Positions 15,891-25,821 of a stretch of 35,866 nucleotides of DNA are shown here, one piece after another. Position 1 is the stretch's first letter. The number at the start of each line of letters is the position of its first letter. This stretch comes from a virus (Duplodnaviria > Caudoviricetes): the IMG/VR virus record IMGVR_UViG_3300043781_000015, positions 1-35,866 of that record, one strand, 5' to 3'. A program made the position numbers and the translations under genes. The notes below the pieces were generated by a model. That model made no database searches and had not been told where the DNA came from. It saw nothing but the letters and a program-made list of their open reading frames with translations.

Positions 15891-18800
15891 CTAGAATCCT
15901 AATTGACGCATACGAGCGTCTTTTGCTTCCTTTTTGTACAACTGTTGCATATCAAGACTGCCTTGTGCTTTAATCGCGTCTACCTGATCACCGCTCAGAC
16001 GCAACAAAATATCAAACTTGGACAGTAACTCGTCTAACTTGCGGCTCAGAGCGTCTGATTGGCGATTATCTCCGCCGACATATTGAGCATTATGGCTCAA
16101 AGTAGGATCATCGTTGCGGAATCTTGTAACGATCTCGCCAAGCAGCTGATATGCACGTGACCGTCTGCTGATGTCGGTCGGGATGACATATTCTGGCATG
16201 TTCTTTTCTGCAATCTCATAAACGCCATGGTTAGAGATCAGACCACCATTAGCCCAGCCGTGGCCTTGACCGACATTGCCCCAGCCACCTTCACCGCCAT
16301 GTTCCAGAGCGTTGATAGCAGCTAAGATCTGGTCATATCCATTAAGGATTTGTTTGTGGCCAGGAATTGCCCAATGGTTAAAAGTACTTGGGATGAACTG
16401 CAGCAGCCCTTGTGCAGGATTGCCGTTTGCCATGTTAATGTCCCAGACCTTTTGCGGTACGGTTGGATTACCGCCAGATTCGGTCTGGATCTGTTTTAAC
16501 AGCTTGGAAACCTTTGTAGCGGTAGCCTCAACTCCCAAAGTCTTGAAGGCTTTGATGATGTAAGGCCGCCAACGTTCAACCCCAGCACCGCCTGGGTTGG
16601 CAAGCGTCTCAAACTGCTTTTTGATCCAGTTGCCCATCTGTTTAGCGATATAAACCGGTACGTCCTTAACCAACTCTGCAGCGAACTTAACCGGCGTGCT
16701 GACATGGACAAATTTCTGGAATACGGATTCCATAAATTCGACCGGCTTTGACATGATTTTGTCGACCATGCCTAAAACATCATCAGTTGCATCCCCGACT
16801 TTGCTGAGTAATGAGCTGAAAGCATTGCCCACACCGTCTGCATAATGCGGAATCATCCCGAACATACGCGACAGCTGATAGCTCCGTTCGCCATCAAGCA
16901 CACTAGTACCTTTTGGCAACGGCAGAATCAAGTTGCGCTTAGCCGGGAACATCCCAACTTGGCCATCTTTGGTCATAAACATCTCACGGTAATGTGCCGT
17001 CAAGCCGTCATTGACTTTGGCAAAGCCACCGGGATGAGTGTCGTTGGTACCATTGGCGTAGCTTGGCATCGAAATGCTGAAATCTCCACCAATCTTAGAT
17101 CCACCGACTTTATCAAGAACCCAGTTGATACCGCCTTTGACGTCATCGATCATGGTCTTAAATGGCTTAAGTACACCATTTACCAAATCAACGAAATGGC
17201 GATGCACACTGCCAACTGCATTGCCAACCGCGTCTTGGATCTTGCCAAAAATGTCCTGCCAAATCTTGAGCATGTCGCCCAAACGACCGCCCGTCATGTC
17301 ATTCAGCTTGTTGTACATATCAGAAAAGATCTTGCGGTTGAATTTAAACATGTCCTGTGCAGTACGTTCGGTGTCTTCGCCTAAGCGATCCCAACGCCCC
17401 GAAACAAGATCATGCCAAGTAGTAGTCCGGTCCTCGATAACTTTATAGCCCGCTTGGAACGTAGACTTATGCTTGTTAAACATCTGCTGAGCCGAGCGGG
17501 CAGTATCGCTGCTCAATCTGTTCCAGCCGCGTTTTACGGCATCAATTCCATCACCGGTCTTTTTCTTCAGGTCTTTCCAGCCGTCAGCAAAGCTCTTTTT
17601 AGTCGAGTTCCACCAGTTGCCAATCTCTTTGTTGGTTTCCTTCGTTCGTTTGACAATAAGCGTGCCAAGGTCCTTAAAGGCTTTGCCAAAATCTTTGGCG
17701 AACTTGCCAATCTGCTTGTGGTACTTAATGACTAATGCAAGTGCAATTTCGATTGCAATCATCCAGGGATTGAATCCGAGCGTGGCCACCTTGAGCGCAC
17801 GAGCAAAAAGCCCAATCCCTTTAATCAAAGCATCAAGACCAAGCATCGCTTTGGTGAAAACAAACGCTGCTGCAACTGCTTTAGCAAAGCCAACTACCAT
17901 TGTCTTATGCTTGGAACAGTACACGGCAAAGTTGACAACCGCCATTGAGAGTTTGCCAAGGTCCTTGGCTAGGTCTGCAAATGCCTTCTTGGTAGACTTT
18001 TTGCTGAATGCTTCCGCCAAAGCAACCGAAGCTTTAGAAATTGCCGGCAGAAGTGCCTGACCAACCTCAATCTGGATTGCTTGCGATGCGTACTTGAACC
18101 GGTCTTGAGCACTCTTAGCGGACTTCATGTTGCGCAGAGCCAGCTTGCCGACATAGTCTTCGTTGTAAGCCGTCTTAACCTTGCCTTCGACTTCATCAAG
18201 ATCCTTTAGGTTGTTAGATAAGATAACCGCAGCTGACTGTGCCGACTGGCCGAATGCCTGGTTAAAGACTTTCAGCCGGTCTGCCTTAGGAACCTTCTTA
18301 TTGATCTGGTCAAAGATTTCTGGAATCGATTTAAGCTTCCCAGACTTAGTCTTGAAGTCATCCATTGACAATCCATACTCTTTAAATGCTTTTGTCGCAC
18401 TTTGAGAGCCACTGGACAGACGTACGATAATCCGTTGCAGACTGGTACCGGCTTGCGATGCTTCCAAACCGTTGTTGGACAACTCACCCAGCGCTGATGC
18501 AGCATCTCTCATCGAGATACCAGCACCTTTTGCCGTACCGCCGGCATACTGCATACCAATACCAAGTTTTGAAAAGTCGGTAGACGTAACGTCAGCCGCC
18601 TTGGCCAGAGTGTTTGCCGTATAAGACGTGGCCTGCATCATCTTGTTGGCATTGTCGGACTTCATACCGAAAGCTTCCAGAGTTGAGGTCGTGACTTCCA
18701 TCGCATCGTTAAAGTCATCCCCGGAAGCCTTAGCTGCTTTAAGCAGTTGTGGCATGGCGCCCAAAGCCATCTGACTGTCATACCCACGTTTAATCAGCGT

Positions 18801-19841
18801 CTGGTAACCTTCGGCGATTTGCTGTTGCGACACACCATACTTGACCGACAAGCTGGACCCATCGGCATACATCTGATTGATTGCCTTTTGGACATCCTTA
18901 TGCTTTTCACCGGCAGTCGTCATCAGGTTAGTATTGGTGACGTACGTATGCTGTATGTCTTCAGCCTTCTTGGCACCGTCAACCGTATATGCAGTAAATG
19001 CGCTGACAGCAATCCCGGCGGCCATAACCCCGCTTTTAACAGAATCCCAGAAACTGTTTACCTGGCCTTTAAGCCGATCCAGCCTTGGCTGAATCTGCTC
19101 AGTGTGGTCGCGCATCTTGATGATTGCATTGTCAACGCGAGCAATACCGGTCGGCTCAAGGGATGTCTCCTGTACACGAAGCTGTTTAAGCTCGTCTTGC
19201 GTTTTGGCAATTGACGTTGCAGTTTCGTCCAACCGTTGTTTCTGTTTGAGATAAGCGTCAGACGTTTCACCGGAACGGTTCTTGATTTCCTCAAGCATTC
19301 TGGACTGGATCTTATACTGCTGTTGCAAGTTTTCCAGGCCAGAAGCCAGTTGATGATAGCGTGCAACCGTTTCAGAAGCGGTGCGATGTTCGGCCGCCAT
19401 ACGGTCAACGTAGGCTTGTGATGCCGATTGCGTCAACTTGTACTTGGACTGCAAGTCTGATAAGCCGGATGCTTGATACTCATAGGCTGCTTTAGCACGC
19501 TGAGCTTGAGCTTCGTAGCTGGCTAACTGACGGTTGGCTTGGTTGATCTGCTTTTCGAGTTTCAGCCATTGGTTGGCTTGTTTCTCGTTAGACTGATCAA
19601 GACCATCTTGACGACTGCGCAGTTCTTCAATCTTGGCGCGTTGCAGTTCCATTGCCTGAGTAAGGCCATCAAGTTTTACCTTAGCCGCCTGCGTATAGTC
19701 GCCGCTGTTTTTTAAGGCTATTTCTTGAGCCTTCCAGGCATTGGTTGTGGCCGTAATTGCGTTCCGAAAGGCGGACATGCTTCCAACAGCAGAAACCGTG
19801 TCAACCGAAATTCGCGTGGCCAGTTCATTCTGTACTTTCAA
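15891..19841 (-). CDS. tape measure protein with C-terminal lytic transglycosylase domain
   Basis: About 1316 aa, helical and Ala-rich; TP901-type core (AAKASGDDF...LSNNGLEASQAGTSL); QIQTESGGNP...GLLQFIPSTF; TTG start after GGAGG. Confidence 0.93.
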   Translation of the reverse strand: MKVQNELATRISVDTVSAVGSMSAFRNAITATTNAWKAQEIALKNSGDYTQAAKVKLDGLTQAMELQRAKIEELRSRQDGLDQSNEKQANQWLKLEKQINQANRQLASYEAQAQRAKAAYEYQASGLSDLQSKYKLTQSASQAYVDRMAAEHRTASETVARYHQLASGLENLQQQYKIQSRMLEEIKNRSGETSDAYLKQKQRLDETATSIAKTQDELKQLRVQETSLEPTGIARVDNAIIKMRDHTEQIQPRLDRLKGQVNSFWDSVKSGVMAAGIAVSAFTAYTVDGAKKAEDIQHTYVTNTNLMTTAGEKHKDVQKAINQMYADGSSLSVKYGVSQQQIAEGYQTLIKRGYDSQMALGAMPQLLKAAKASGDDFNDAMEVTTSTLEAFGMKSDNANKMMQATSYTANTLAKAADVTSTDFSKLGIGMQYAGGTAKGAGISMRDAASALGELSNNGLEASQAGTSLQRIIVRLSSGSQSATKAFKEYGLSMDDFKTKSGKLKSIPEIFDQINKKVPKADRLKVFNQAFGQSAQSAAVILSNNLKDLDEVEGKVKTAYNEDYVGKLALRNMKSAKSAQDRFKYASQAIQIEVGQALLPAISKASVALAEAFSKKSTKKAFADLAKDLGKLSMAVVNFAVYCSKHKTMVVGFAKAVAAAFVFTKAMLGLDALIKGIGLFARALKVATLGFNPWMIAIEIALALVIKYHKQIGKFAKDFGKAFKDLGTLIVKRTKETNKEIGNWWNSTKKSFADGWKDLKKKTGDGIDAVKRGWNRLSSDTARSAQQMFNKHKSTFQAGYKVIEDRTTTWHDLVSGRWDRLGEDTERTAQDMFKFNRKIFSDMYNKLNDMTGGRLGDMLKIWQDIFGKIQDAVGNAVGSVHRHFVDLVNGVLKPFKTMIDDVKGGINWVLDKVGGSKIGGDFSISMPSYANGTNDTHPGGFAKVNDGLTAHYREMFMTKDGQVGMFPAKRNLILPLPKGTSVLDGERSYQLSRMFGMIPHYADGVGNAFSSLLSKVGDATDDVLGMVDKIMSKPVEFMESVFQKFVHVSTPVKFAAELVKDVPVYIAKQMGNWIKKQFETLANPGGAGVERWRPYIIKAFKTLGVEATATKVSKLLKQIQTESGGNPTVPQKVWDINMANGNPAQGLLQFIPSTFNHWAIPGHKQILNGYDQILAAINALEHGGEGGWGNVGQGHGWANGGLISNHGVYEIAEKNMPEYVIPTDISRRSRAYQLLGEIVTRFRNDDPTLSHNAQYVGGDNRQSDALSRKLDELLSKFDILLRLSGDQVDAIKAQGSLDMQQLYKKEAKDARMRQLGF

Positions 19842-19842
19842 G

Positions 19843-20079
19843 CTATCCACCTCCAAACATCTTAGATAATTGTGCGTGCGCGTCTTCTGGGTTCATTGGC
19901 CTGTCATCCCTTGACCGCGCATTCAAAGTTTCCAACAGTTCCAAATAATTTTGATTGTCCAAATCGTCTGGTAAGACACCACTATTAAGCATTAACTGTT
20001 GCTTAAGGTAATTGATGTCTTCTATTTCTTGTTTGAGTTCCCAGATTCTTTTGCGGATTTCTCCGCTTCCAATTTTGGG
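19843..20079 (-). CDS. tail assembly chaperone frameshift extension (gpGT-like)
   Basis: The -1 frame from CCCAAAA reads PKIGSGEIRKRIWELKQEIEDINYLKQQLM...LSKMFGGG* and ends at the TMP start. Confidence 0.75.
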   Translation of the reverse strand, partial: PKIGSGEIRKRIWELKQEIEDINYLKQQLMLNSGVLPDDLDNQNYLELLETLNARSRDDRPMNPEDAHAQLSKMFGGG

Positions 20080-20450
20080 GATTCATCTACAGTTTTTAGT
20101 GCTTCTTGTGCTTCTTTTTCACTAACACCAGACGTACGACTGCGCAGATAGGACAGATAAGCCCCGATTTCTTCTTCGGTGGCATTGTCCCAAATACGGT
20201 CTTCGTCAATATGCAGCAATTGTGCGATAAATTTGATTGCGCCATCGATAAATTCGGCTTCCTGATCAATGACTTCTACAAATTTTCCTTGTGCATCGTT
20301 GTCGTCAACGGGCGTTTCGCTCGTAGTCAAGGAAGCCTCTAACGCCTGCTTCATAAACTGGTTAAGCTTGTACGTTACCCGTACGGTTGGCTTAACCGCG
20401 ATTGGCTGTTTAATGCCAAACAGGGATGCATCTACTTTAATTTTTTCCAT
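20022..20450 (-). CDS. tail assembly chaperone (gpG-like)
   Basis: Between major tail protein and TMP; slippery heptamer near the 3' end. Confidence 0.8.
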   Translation of the reverse strand: MEKIKVDASLFGIKQPIAVKPTVRVTYKLNQFMKQALEASLTTSETPVDDNDAQGKFVEVIDQEAEFIDGAIKFIAQLLHIDEDRIWDNATEEEIGAYLSYLRSRTSGVSEKEAQEALKTVDESPKLEAEKSAKESGNSNKK

Positions 20451-20512
20451 TTTTGACACCTCATATCAGCCGCCCCATTGGTACTGTGTATTTACTAGGC
20501 GACTTTAACTTT

Positions 20513-21187
20513 TTAACCGTGAGTAACAGTATTGGTAGTAGTAGCTTGGCCATGCTTGGTGATGTCGTCACCGACATAGCCGCCGAATACTTCCTTAAGC
20601 ATAGCTGCAGCGCTGTATCCAGTTGCGCCACTGTTCCACTGCTTGTAAGGCTGTTGCGTACCATTTGAGTTAACAAAGACAGTGTCGTCAATTGGCGTCA
20701 AAGCTTGGTAGGTAAACGTAGCATTGGCGTCAGTTTCGTTTTTGTTGTTGGTACCATGATTACGATTTGGCATAATCATTTCACCATTGGCAAACCCGTC
20801 AAAGTACTTGTTGCCCTTGAAATCATCAGAGCAAATCAGCATTGCCAAATGTGGCTTTTTACCCAGTGTTGCACCACCAGTTGCATCAAGCTCATAGCCA
20901 TTGCACTTCATGCCAATTTCATAAGGCAAATCCAGGTAAGTAATAGCTACTTGTGGAGTTGGCGTACCATGAGAATTACGCTTAACTTTGTTGTTAGCGT
21001 ATTGTTGCGTACCTGCTTCTTCAAGGTTAGTAATGTTGGCAGTCGTGGCACCTTCACCATCGCCGTCCAGCAATACTACGCCGGACTCAGAGAGCCCTTT
21101 TTTAGCGTCAGCAATAAGCTTCCCGGTATCGTTAATCATTCCCAACGCGATCCAATTGATACCGGAAGTAGAAATACCTGCGGACAT
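20513..21187 (-). CDS. major tail protein
   Basis: Synteny; ANITNLE...YANNKV, HGTNN...DANATFTYQAL pattern of lactic acid bacteria phage tail tube proteins. Confidence 0.85.
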   Translation of the reverse strand: MSAGISTSGINWIALGMINDTGKLIADAKKGLSESGVVLLDGDGEGATTANITNLEEAGTQQYANNKVKRNSHGTPTPQVAITYLDLPYEIGMKCNGYELDATGGATLGKKPHLAMLICSDDFKGNKYFDGFANGEMIMPNRNHGTNNKNETDANATFTYQALTPIDDTVFVNSNGTQQPYKQWNSGATGYSAAAMLKEVFGGYVGDDITKHGQATTTNTVTHG

Positions 21188-21574
21188 TTAATTCCCCTCC
21201 TTGATAATTTCATCTTTTGCAAAATAAAAGACCTTCGTCACTTGTTTAGTGTCGGGGTCTTTTATGTGATTCTTCGATTGTTCGACAGTCCAATTATTAT
21301 CAACAAACAGCCGTGCCAGTGCCTGTTCGCCATCCAACGTGCTGATATCGTTGCCGAGCTTGTAGAATATCTGAACTTCCACGCCGACCGTCCATCCCTT
21401 GAAAGTATGGTTGGCATAGTAGGTAGGCTCGTTCAGCCATTCAGTAATCAAGCAGATCGTCTTGCCTTCATAATCAGACTCTTCTTCAGGGATTGAATCA
21501 GTATAAATCTCATCAATCCAGTCAAATTTGCCATTGAGTAGATCCAGCGCTTGAAAAACTGGCAGTTCCATCAT
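21188..21574 (-). CDS. tail terminator / DUF806-like protein
   Basis: Synteny; VEVQIFY, DPDTKQVTKVFYF. Confidence 0.75.
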   Translation of the reverse strand: MMELPVFQALDLLNGKFDWIDEIYTDSIPEEESDYEGKTICLITEWLNEPTYYANHTFKGWTVGVEVQIFYKLGNDISTLDGEQALARLFVDNNWTVEQSKNHIKDPDTKQVTKVFYFAKDEIIKEGN

Positions 21575-21966
21575 TTGACACCACCATTTCTTGCGTCAAG
21601 GACCTTTTTCTCTGCTGCAAAAACCTTGTCAGCCGAATCGCGACGCGCGTTGTCGGCAAAATGAGTAGCCTTCATCTTAACGGTTCCGTCATTCAGGAAT
21701 CTGGCAATATAGGCTTTTTGGCCAAAGCCAACAACGGAATTGCCGTCATCTTCGCCGTCAATGTCGGTATTTTGAAAACCAACATTGTCTTGTAGGTGGC
21801 CATACTTTGGATTCTTCTTTGTCGAGCGCGGAGTTGCTTTGTGCAACTCGTCTGCTAAAACTTTGGCTCCAGCAGCAGTCATCGCTTTCCTTGTAGCATG
21901 ATCAGGAATGGCAAATTTTTCGGCATTCTTGCCAAATACCTCTAGCATCTTACCGAGATCATCCAT
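21571..21966 (-). CDS. HK97 gp10-like tail completion protein
   Basis: AGAKVLADEL...HLQDNV...ARFLNDGTVKMKATHF. Confidence 0.85.
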   Translation of the reverse strand: MDDLGKMLEVFGKNAEKFAIPDHATRKAMTAAGAKVLADELHKATPRSTKKNPKYGHLQDNVGFQNTDIDGEDDGNSVVGFGQKAYIARFLNDGTVKMKATHFADNARRDSADKVFAAEKKVLDARNGGVK

Positions 21967-22318
21967 TAATAGCACCAGCTTTCTTCGTATCCTTAAGCGT
22001 CAGCAGGTCATAACGCGTAGTCGTATGGCTCTCATCCCTAGATATGGTCAAGATGTCATAAATTGTACTGTCGCCCTTGAATCTCACCTTGAGCTGTTTG
22101 TCAACGTGATACTGAGAGCGGACAGCTACTACCGTTGTATCTGCTAATGTCGTCCCAACCAAAGCATACTGCTGTGACTGAGACCGCTGATAGATTGCGC
22201 AGTGCAGAGTTTGAGTCGGCACAAAATTTTGGCGTGAACCGCCTAATGTCCTGCTCGGAACGGTTGATACCGTCCCTAACTCAATTACATGATTAAGACG
22301 GCTGATTGGTAGTTTCAT
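21959..22318 (-). CDS. head closure / head-tail adaptor protein
   Basis: MKLPISRLNHVIELGTV...YDLLTLK; synteny. Confidence 0.8.
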   Translation of the reverse strand: MKLPISRLNHVIELGTVSTVPSRTLGGSRQNFVPTQTLHCAIYQRSQSQQYALVGTTLADTTVVAVRSQYHVDKQLKVRFKGDSTIYDILTISRDESHTTTRYDLLTLKDTKKAGAING

Positions 22319-22625
22319 CTTGACTCGCCTCCCAAACGTCATATCGTCCACGCAATTGACCAATAACGCTGTTGACGGTTAGGTCGATCTCGTATGTCTG
22401 GATATCTGACATGCTCAGGCGGTATTGATAATAGGTAGCTGCAAGCGACTTTACTGCCATATCAAACAATGGTGAGACGTCGCTTTGCGTGTAGAACGCG
22501 TCCCCGTCACCAATTGCGCCCTTAACGTACTGTTTGGCTGCATCAATGTAGGCCTGCAGCAGTACGTCATCGTCCGTGCCGTCAAGGTATAGTACCTTTT
22601 TTACATCGTCTACTGATACAGCCAT
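22293..22625 (-). CDS. head-tail connector protein (gp6-like)
   Basis: VKKVLYLDGTDDDVLLQAYIDAAKQYV...YYQYR. Confidence 0.88.
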   Translation of the reverse strand: MAVSVDDVKKVLYLDGTDDDVLLQAYIDAAKQYVKGAIGDGDAFYTQSDVSPLFDMAVKSLAATYYQYRLSMSDIQTYEIDLTVNSVIGQLRGRYDVWEASQDETTNQPS

Positions 22626-22634
22626 TTAAATCGC

Positions 22635-23807
22635 CTACTTACCAGTGCCAGCGGAGGCTTGGAAGTTAGCCGTCTGATCAGCAACAGTCGTAAACGAACC
22701 AACTGCGTATGCGTCACCGTCAACTTGTTCAACGTCAAACCGGTCGATGACACGGATCTTGGTTTCGTCATGTTCAAAAGCACCAGCACCAACGTTGGTC
22801 GTCATCAGGCTCATGTTTTCACGGTCGAACAGTGTGATAGCCTGCTTAAAGTCGCCGTAGTACAGTGGATGAGCATTGGATACGTTTGGGAGCCAACGGT
22901 CAGCAACTACCGTAACCGGCTTGCCACCAATACGGTAGATTTCTGGACTGGTTGGGTCGCGTTGTACCAGGTAGTCACCCATTGCGTTCTTAACCTTGGC
23001 CAGAACGGCAAAGCCAGATTGGTTGGTCAAAAACGATGACGTAGCGTTGATTGCGGGGTCAAGTGCGGTCAGTTCCAGATCCTTGATGTCATCAAACTTA
23101 GCAATCGTTGGCTTCTTGGATGCCGTATTCATAACTTCGAGAATAGCTTGGTTACGAGTGACGACAACCTTGCGAGCAATCCAAGTAGACAGCCATGCAA
23201 TAATGTTTTCGGCCGTGTCCTTCAGCAGCGTGTTAGTAACGGTCGTGATACCAGCGTAACGCTTGATCAGGTACTTAATCGTAGTCAGTTCTGGATCATC
23301 GTTGTCACCGATTGCAGCCGTTTCATCATCCAGTGATGCCAATGGCTTGATATCGGAGAACTTTTCGTAAACCCGCGAACCGGATTCGGTCGTTACAGAT
23401 TCCACACGAACCAGGTTCTGCAGAGAGGCATATTGGCGTACCAGAGTATTGATAGTCGTACGGATGTCATCTGGAATCGTCAGACCACCGTTACCAGTGC
23501 CAGTCGTCCCCGTAGTAACCATGTCCTTAAAGTCCTTAACAAACTTGTCTTTCAGCGACAGTTGGCTGTCATTCAGCGGTTCCTTGTCGCTGTCATGCAT
23601 CTTAACTACTTCTGCTGCGCGAGCTTCATTAAGCTGGTCTTTCAGAGCATCGCGACGTGCCTTAGCCTGGTCACGTTGTTCCTTCAAATCTGCAAAAGCT
23701 GCTTGGTCGTAAGAGTCGTCCATCAGAGCAACGTTAAGCTTATCGTTCAGATCAGAAACCTTTTGGCCAGTTTCAATCCAAGCGTTGTTCAGTTCATTGA
23801 TTCCCAT
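22635..23807 (-). CDS. HK97-fold major capsid protein
   Basis: Coiled-coil delta domain, GGLTIPDDIRTTI, YGDFKQAITLFDRE, RVIDRFD. Confidence 0.95.
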   Translation of the reverse strand: MGINELNNAWIETGQKVSDLNDKLNVALMDDSYDQAAFADLKEQRDQAKARRDALKDQLNEARAAEVVKMHDSDKEPLNDSQLSLKDKFVKDFKDMVTTGTTGTGNGGLTIPDDIRTTINTLVRQYASLQNLVRVESVTTESGSRVYEKFSDIKPLASLDDETAAIGDNDDPELTTIKYLIKRYAGITTVTNTLLKDTAENIIAWLSTWIARKVVVTRNQAILEVMNTASKKPTIAKFDDIKDLELTALDPAINATSSFLTNQSGFAVLAKVKNAMGDYLVQRDPTSPEIYRIGGKPVTVVADRWLPNVSNAHPLYYGDFKQAITLFDRENMSLMTTNVGAGAFEHDETKIRVIDRFDVEQVDGDAYAVGSFTTVADQTANFQASAGTGK

Positions 23808-24501
23808 GTTGGGCCTCCTTTTTGTCTAATAAAATAGCCAGTTTCTCGTCATAAACAGACGGAGCCGGCTTTTCTTCTGGCTTTGGCTGTTCGGCCTTGG
23901 CCATAAGCGTCATGAATTTGTTGATTGCGGCGTGCGAAGGGATACTGTGGACAGCATTGACCACCTGTGGCTGATTCTCATCAGCAAACATGATTTTGTC
24001 GGCAAAGCCCTTATCAACGGCATCTTTAGCTGTCATCCAAGTTTCGTCAGACATCAGTTTTTCAATTTCATCCCGCTTTAAGCCGGTTTTGGCTTCGTAA
24101 GCGTTGATAATCGTTTGGTCAACGGTATCCATCATCTTGGAATCATGGTCGAGATCATCGGCGTTTCCTTGTGTTACGGTCCATGCCTTATGGATCATCA
24201 TCTGCGCGGTTGGTGACATGTTGATCTCATCCCCAGCCATTGCGATAACCGATGCAGCACTAGCAGCTAGGCCCAGCACGTTAACCGTGACTTTGCCTGG
24301 ATAGTCGCGCAGCATCGTATAGATTTCAGAAGCCGCGTGTACGTCCCCGCCTGGCGATGCAATGTCCACCACCAGATCATCATCGGCATCGGCTAACGTC
24401 CGTTCAACCGCCTGAGGATAGGCGGAATCCAGATCAAACCAGCTGTAAAATTTGCCGGTCATGTTGTCGACAACGTCACCTTTAATGTTAATCTTGGTCA
24501 T
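23794..24501 (-). CDS. ClpP-type prohead maturation protease
   Basis: IASPGGDV, GLAASAASVIAMAG, MMIHKA, ETWMTAKDAVDKGFAD; start ATG 24501. Confidence 0.93.
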   Translation of the reverse strand: MTKINIKGDVVDNMTGKFYSWFDLDSAYPQAVERTLADADDDLVVDIASPGGDVHAASEIYTMLRDYPGKVTVNVLGLAASAASVIAMAGDEINMSPTAQMMIHKAWTVTQGNADDLDHDSKMMDTVDQTIINAYEAKTGLKRDEIEKLMSDETWMTAKDAVDKGFADKIMFADENQPQVVNAVHSIPSHAAINKFMTLMAKAEQPKPEEKPAPSVYDEKLAILLDKKEAQHGNQ

Positions 24502-25633
24502 CGTTCTCACCTCCCTTCTCTGCGTCATCAGCTCGTGGAAGCTTTGACGGCAAATACCCAGATTGCTCAAGTACGTAAGCGGCCTGATTGCCTGCCAGAG
24601 CCCCCGATTTAACCATCGATGAAATCGTGCCGGCAAACGTATCACCAAGCGGATCAACGGCCGGTCGCAGGTCCAGTTTGACATTACCAGTCAGCTTGTT
24701 GCTGAGTTCGCTGTCAATCGCTTTGGCAAAACGGCTCAAAGACTTAGCGTAGTCATTGCCCATCATAGCCAACGATGACTGCTGGTCCCCTTGGCCGTTG
24801 ATAACTGAGTCAGATACGCCATATACCTTGGCAATCTGTGCACCAGTCCAATTGGTCTGATTCAGCAGTTGAGCAACGTTGCCCTGAATTTCCAAAGGCT
24901 GATAGTCTTCCAAGTCATCAAGCACGATTGGGCCACTTCCCGACGCCTGCATCTGCTGCATAAATTTCTGCGAGCGTTGAGCCTTTTCCTTAGCGTTGAG
25001 CAACCCGCCTTTCTGGATCTTTAAAATCCCAGGCGCAGAAATCGATTGCGCAAGTGCCGAAAGAGTCAGCCGATTGCTTGCCTTGCTGATACTCAGTTCA
25101 TTAGCCAAAGCTGACAGCGGACTGATACCAGTCTTACCGCCATTTTTGGACAAAAGCCGAATATGGATCATGTCAGACTGCGGTATAGCCTCAACAACGC
25201 CAACGCTCGGTTCATCAAACGTAACCGTATAAATCAGCCCAGAGCCGTCTTCCAGCAAATACGGTGATACCTGTGATGGTCTTAGATACTCCCATGAACT
25301 ATCAATACCGTTGTTATTACGCCAGCGGTAGGCAAAGCATTCACCGCCAAGCAGCAGTTGAGCAAACATTGACTGCCAAAAAGCATGAGCATTGCTAGTA
25401 ACGGTAGGATTGTCGAGCATCCCTTGCGTCCGCGACCTTTCGGCAACGAATCTGCCATTTGCCAGGTCGGAGCTTAGCTGAAAGATCAGCGAGTAAACGT
25501 CAGAGTTATGCAGAGCAGTTGACGCATCCACATAATCGCTAGTACCGTTTGGATTGAGGAAATTGATAATGCTTTGATCATCCGCGATCGATAAAACAGA
25601 GTTAGCTTTATTTCTCAGTTTAAAAATCGGCAT
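24488..25633 (-). CDS. HK97-family portal protein
   Basis: QLLLGGECF, MIHIRL...GISPL, IAKVYGV; synteny. Confidence 0.93.
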   Translation of the reverse strand: MPIFKLRNKANSVLSIADDQSIINFLNPNGTSDYVDASTALHNSDVYSLIFQLSSDLANGRFVAERSRTQGMLDNPTVTSNAHAFWQSMFAQLLLGGECFAYRWRNNNGIDSSWEYLRPSQVSPYLLEDGSGLIYTVTFDEPSVGVVEAIPQSDMIHIRLLSKNGGKTGISPLSALANELSISKASNRLTLSALAQSISAPGILKIQKGGLLNAKEKAQRSQKFMQQMQASGSGPIVLDDLEDYQPLEIQGNVAQLLNQTNWTGAQIAKVYGVSDSVINGQGDQQSSLAMMGNDYAKSLSRFAKAIDSELSNKLTGNVKLDLRPAVDPLGDTFAGTISSMVKSGALAGNQAAYVLEQSGYLPSKLPRADDAEKGGENDDQD

Positions 25634-25647
25634 TCAATCACCTCCTT

Positions 25648-25809
25648 TCAGCTCGCAATCATCTCGGTAATCAGTCCAATCATGATTAGTGCAATGCCGA
25701 CCGCAAAAATGCCAGCCGTAATGCTTAATCTAAAAAAGCCCCAGACGATAAAACCGACTGCGGCTAAAAAACATAAAACATCAATATATTTCCAGATAAA
25801 TTTCAGCAT
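25648..25809 (-). CDS. small membrane protein between terL and portal (DUF1056-like)
   Basis: Read manually: GGAGG RBS, MLKFIWKYIDVLCFLAAVGFIVWGFFRLSITAGIFAVGIALIMIGLITEMIAS. Confidence 0.75.
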   Translation of the reverse strand: MLKFIWKYIDVLCFLAAVGFIVWGFFRLSITAGIFAVGIALIMIGLITEMIAS

Positions 25810-25821
25810 AGGCCACCTCCA

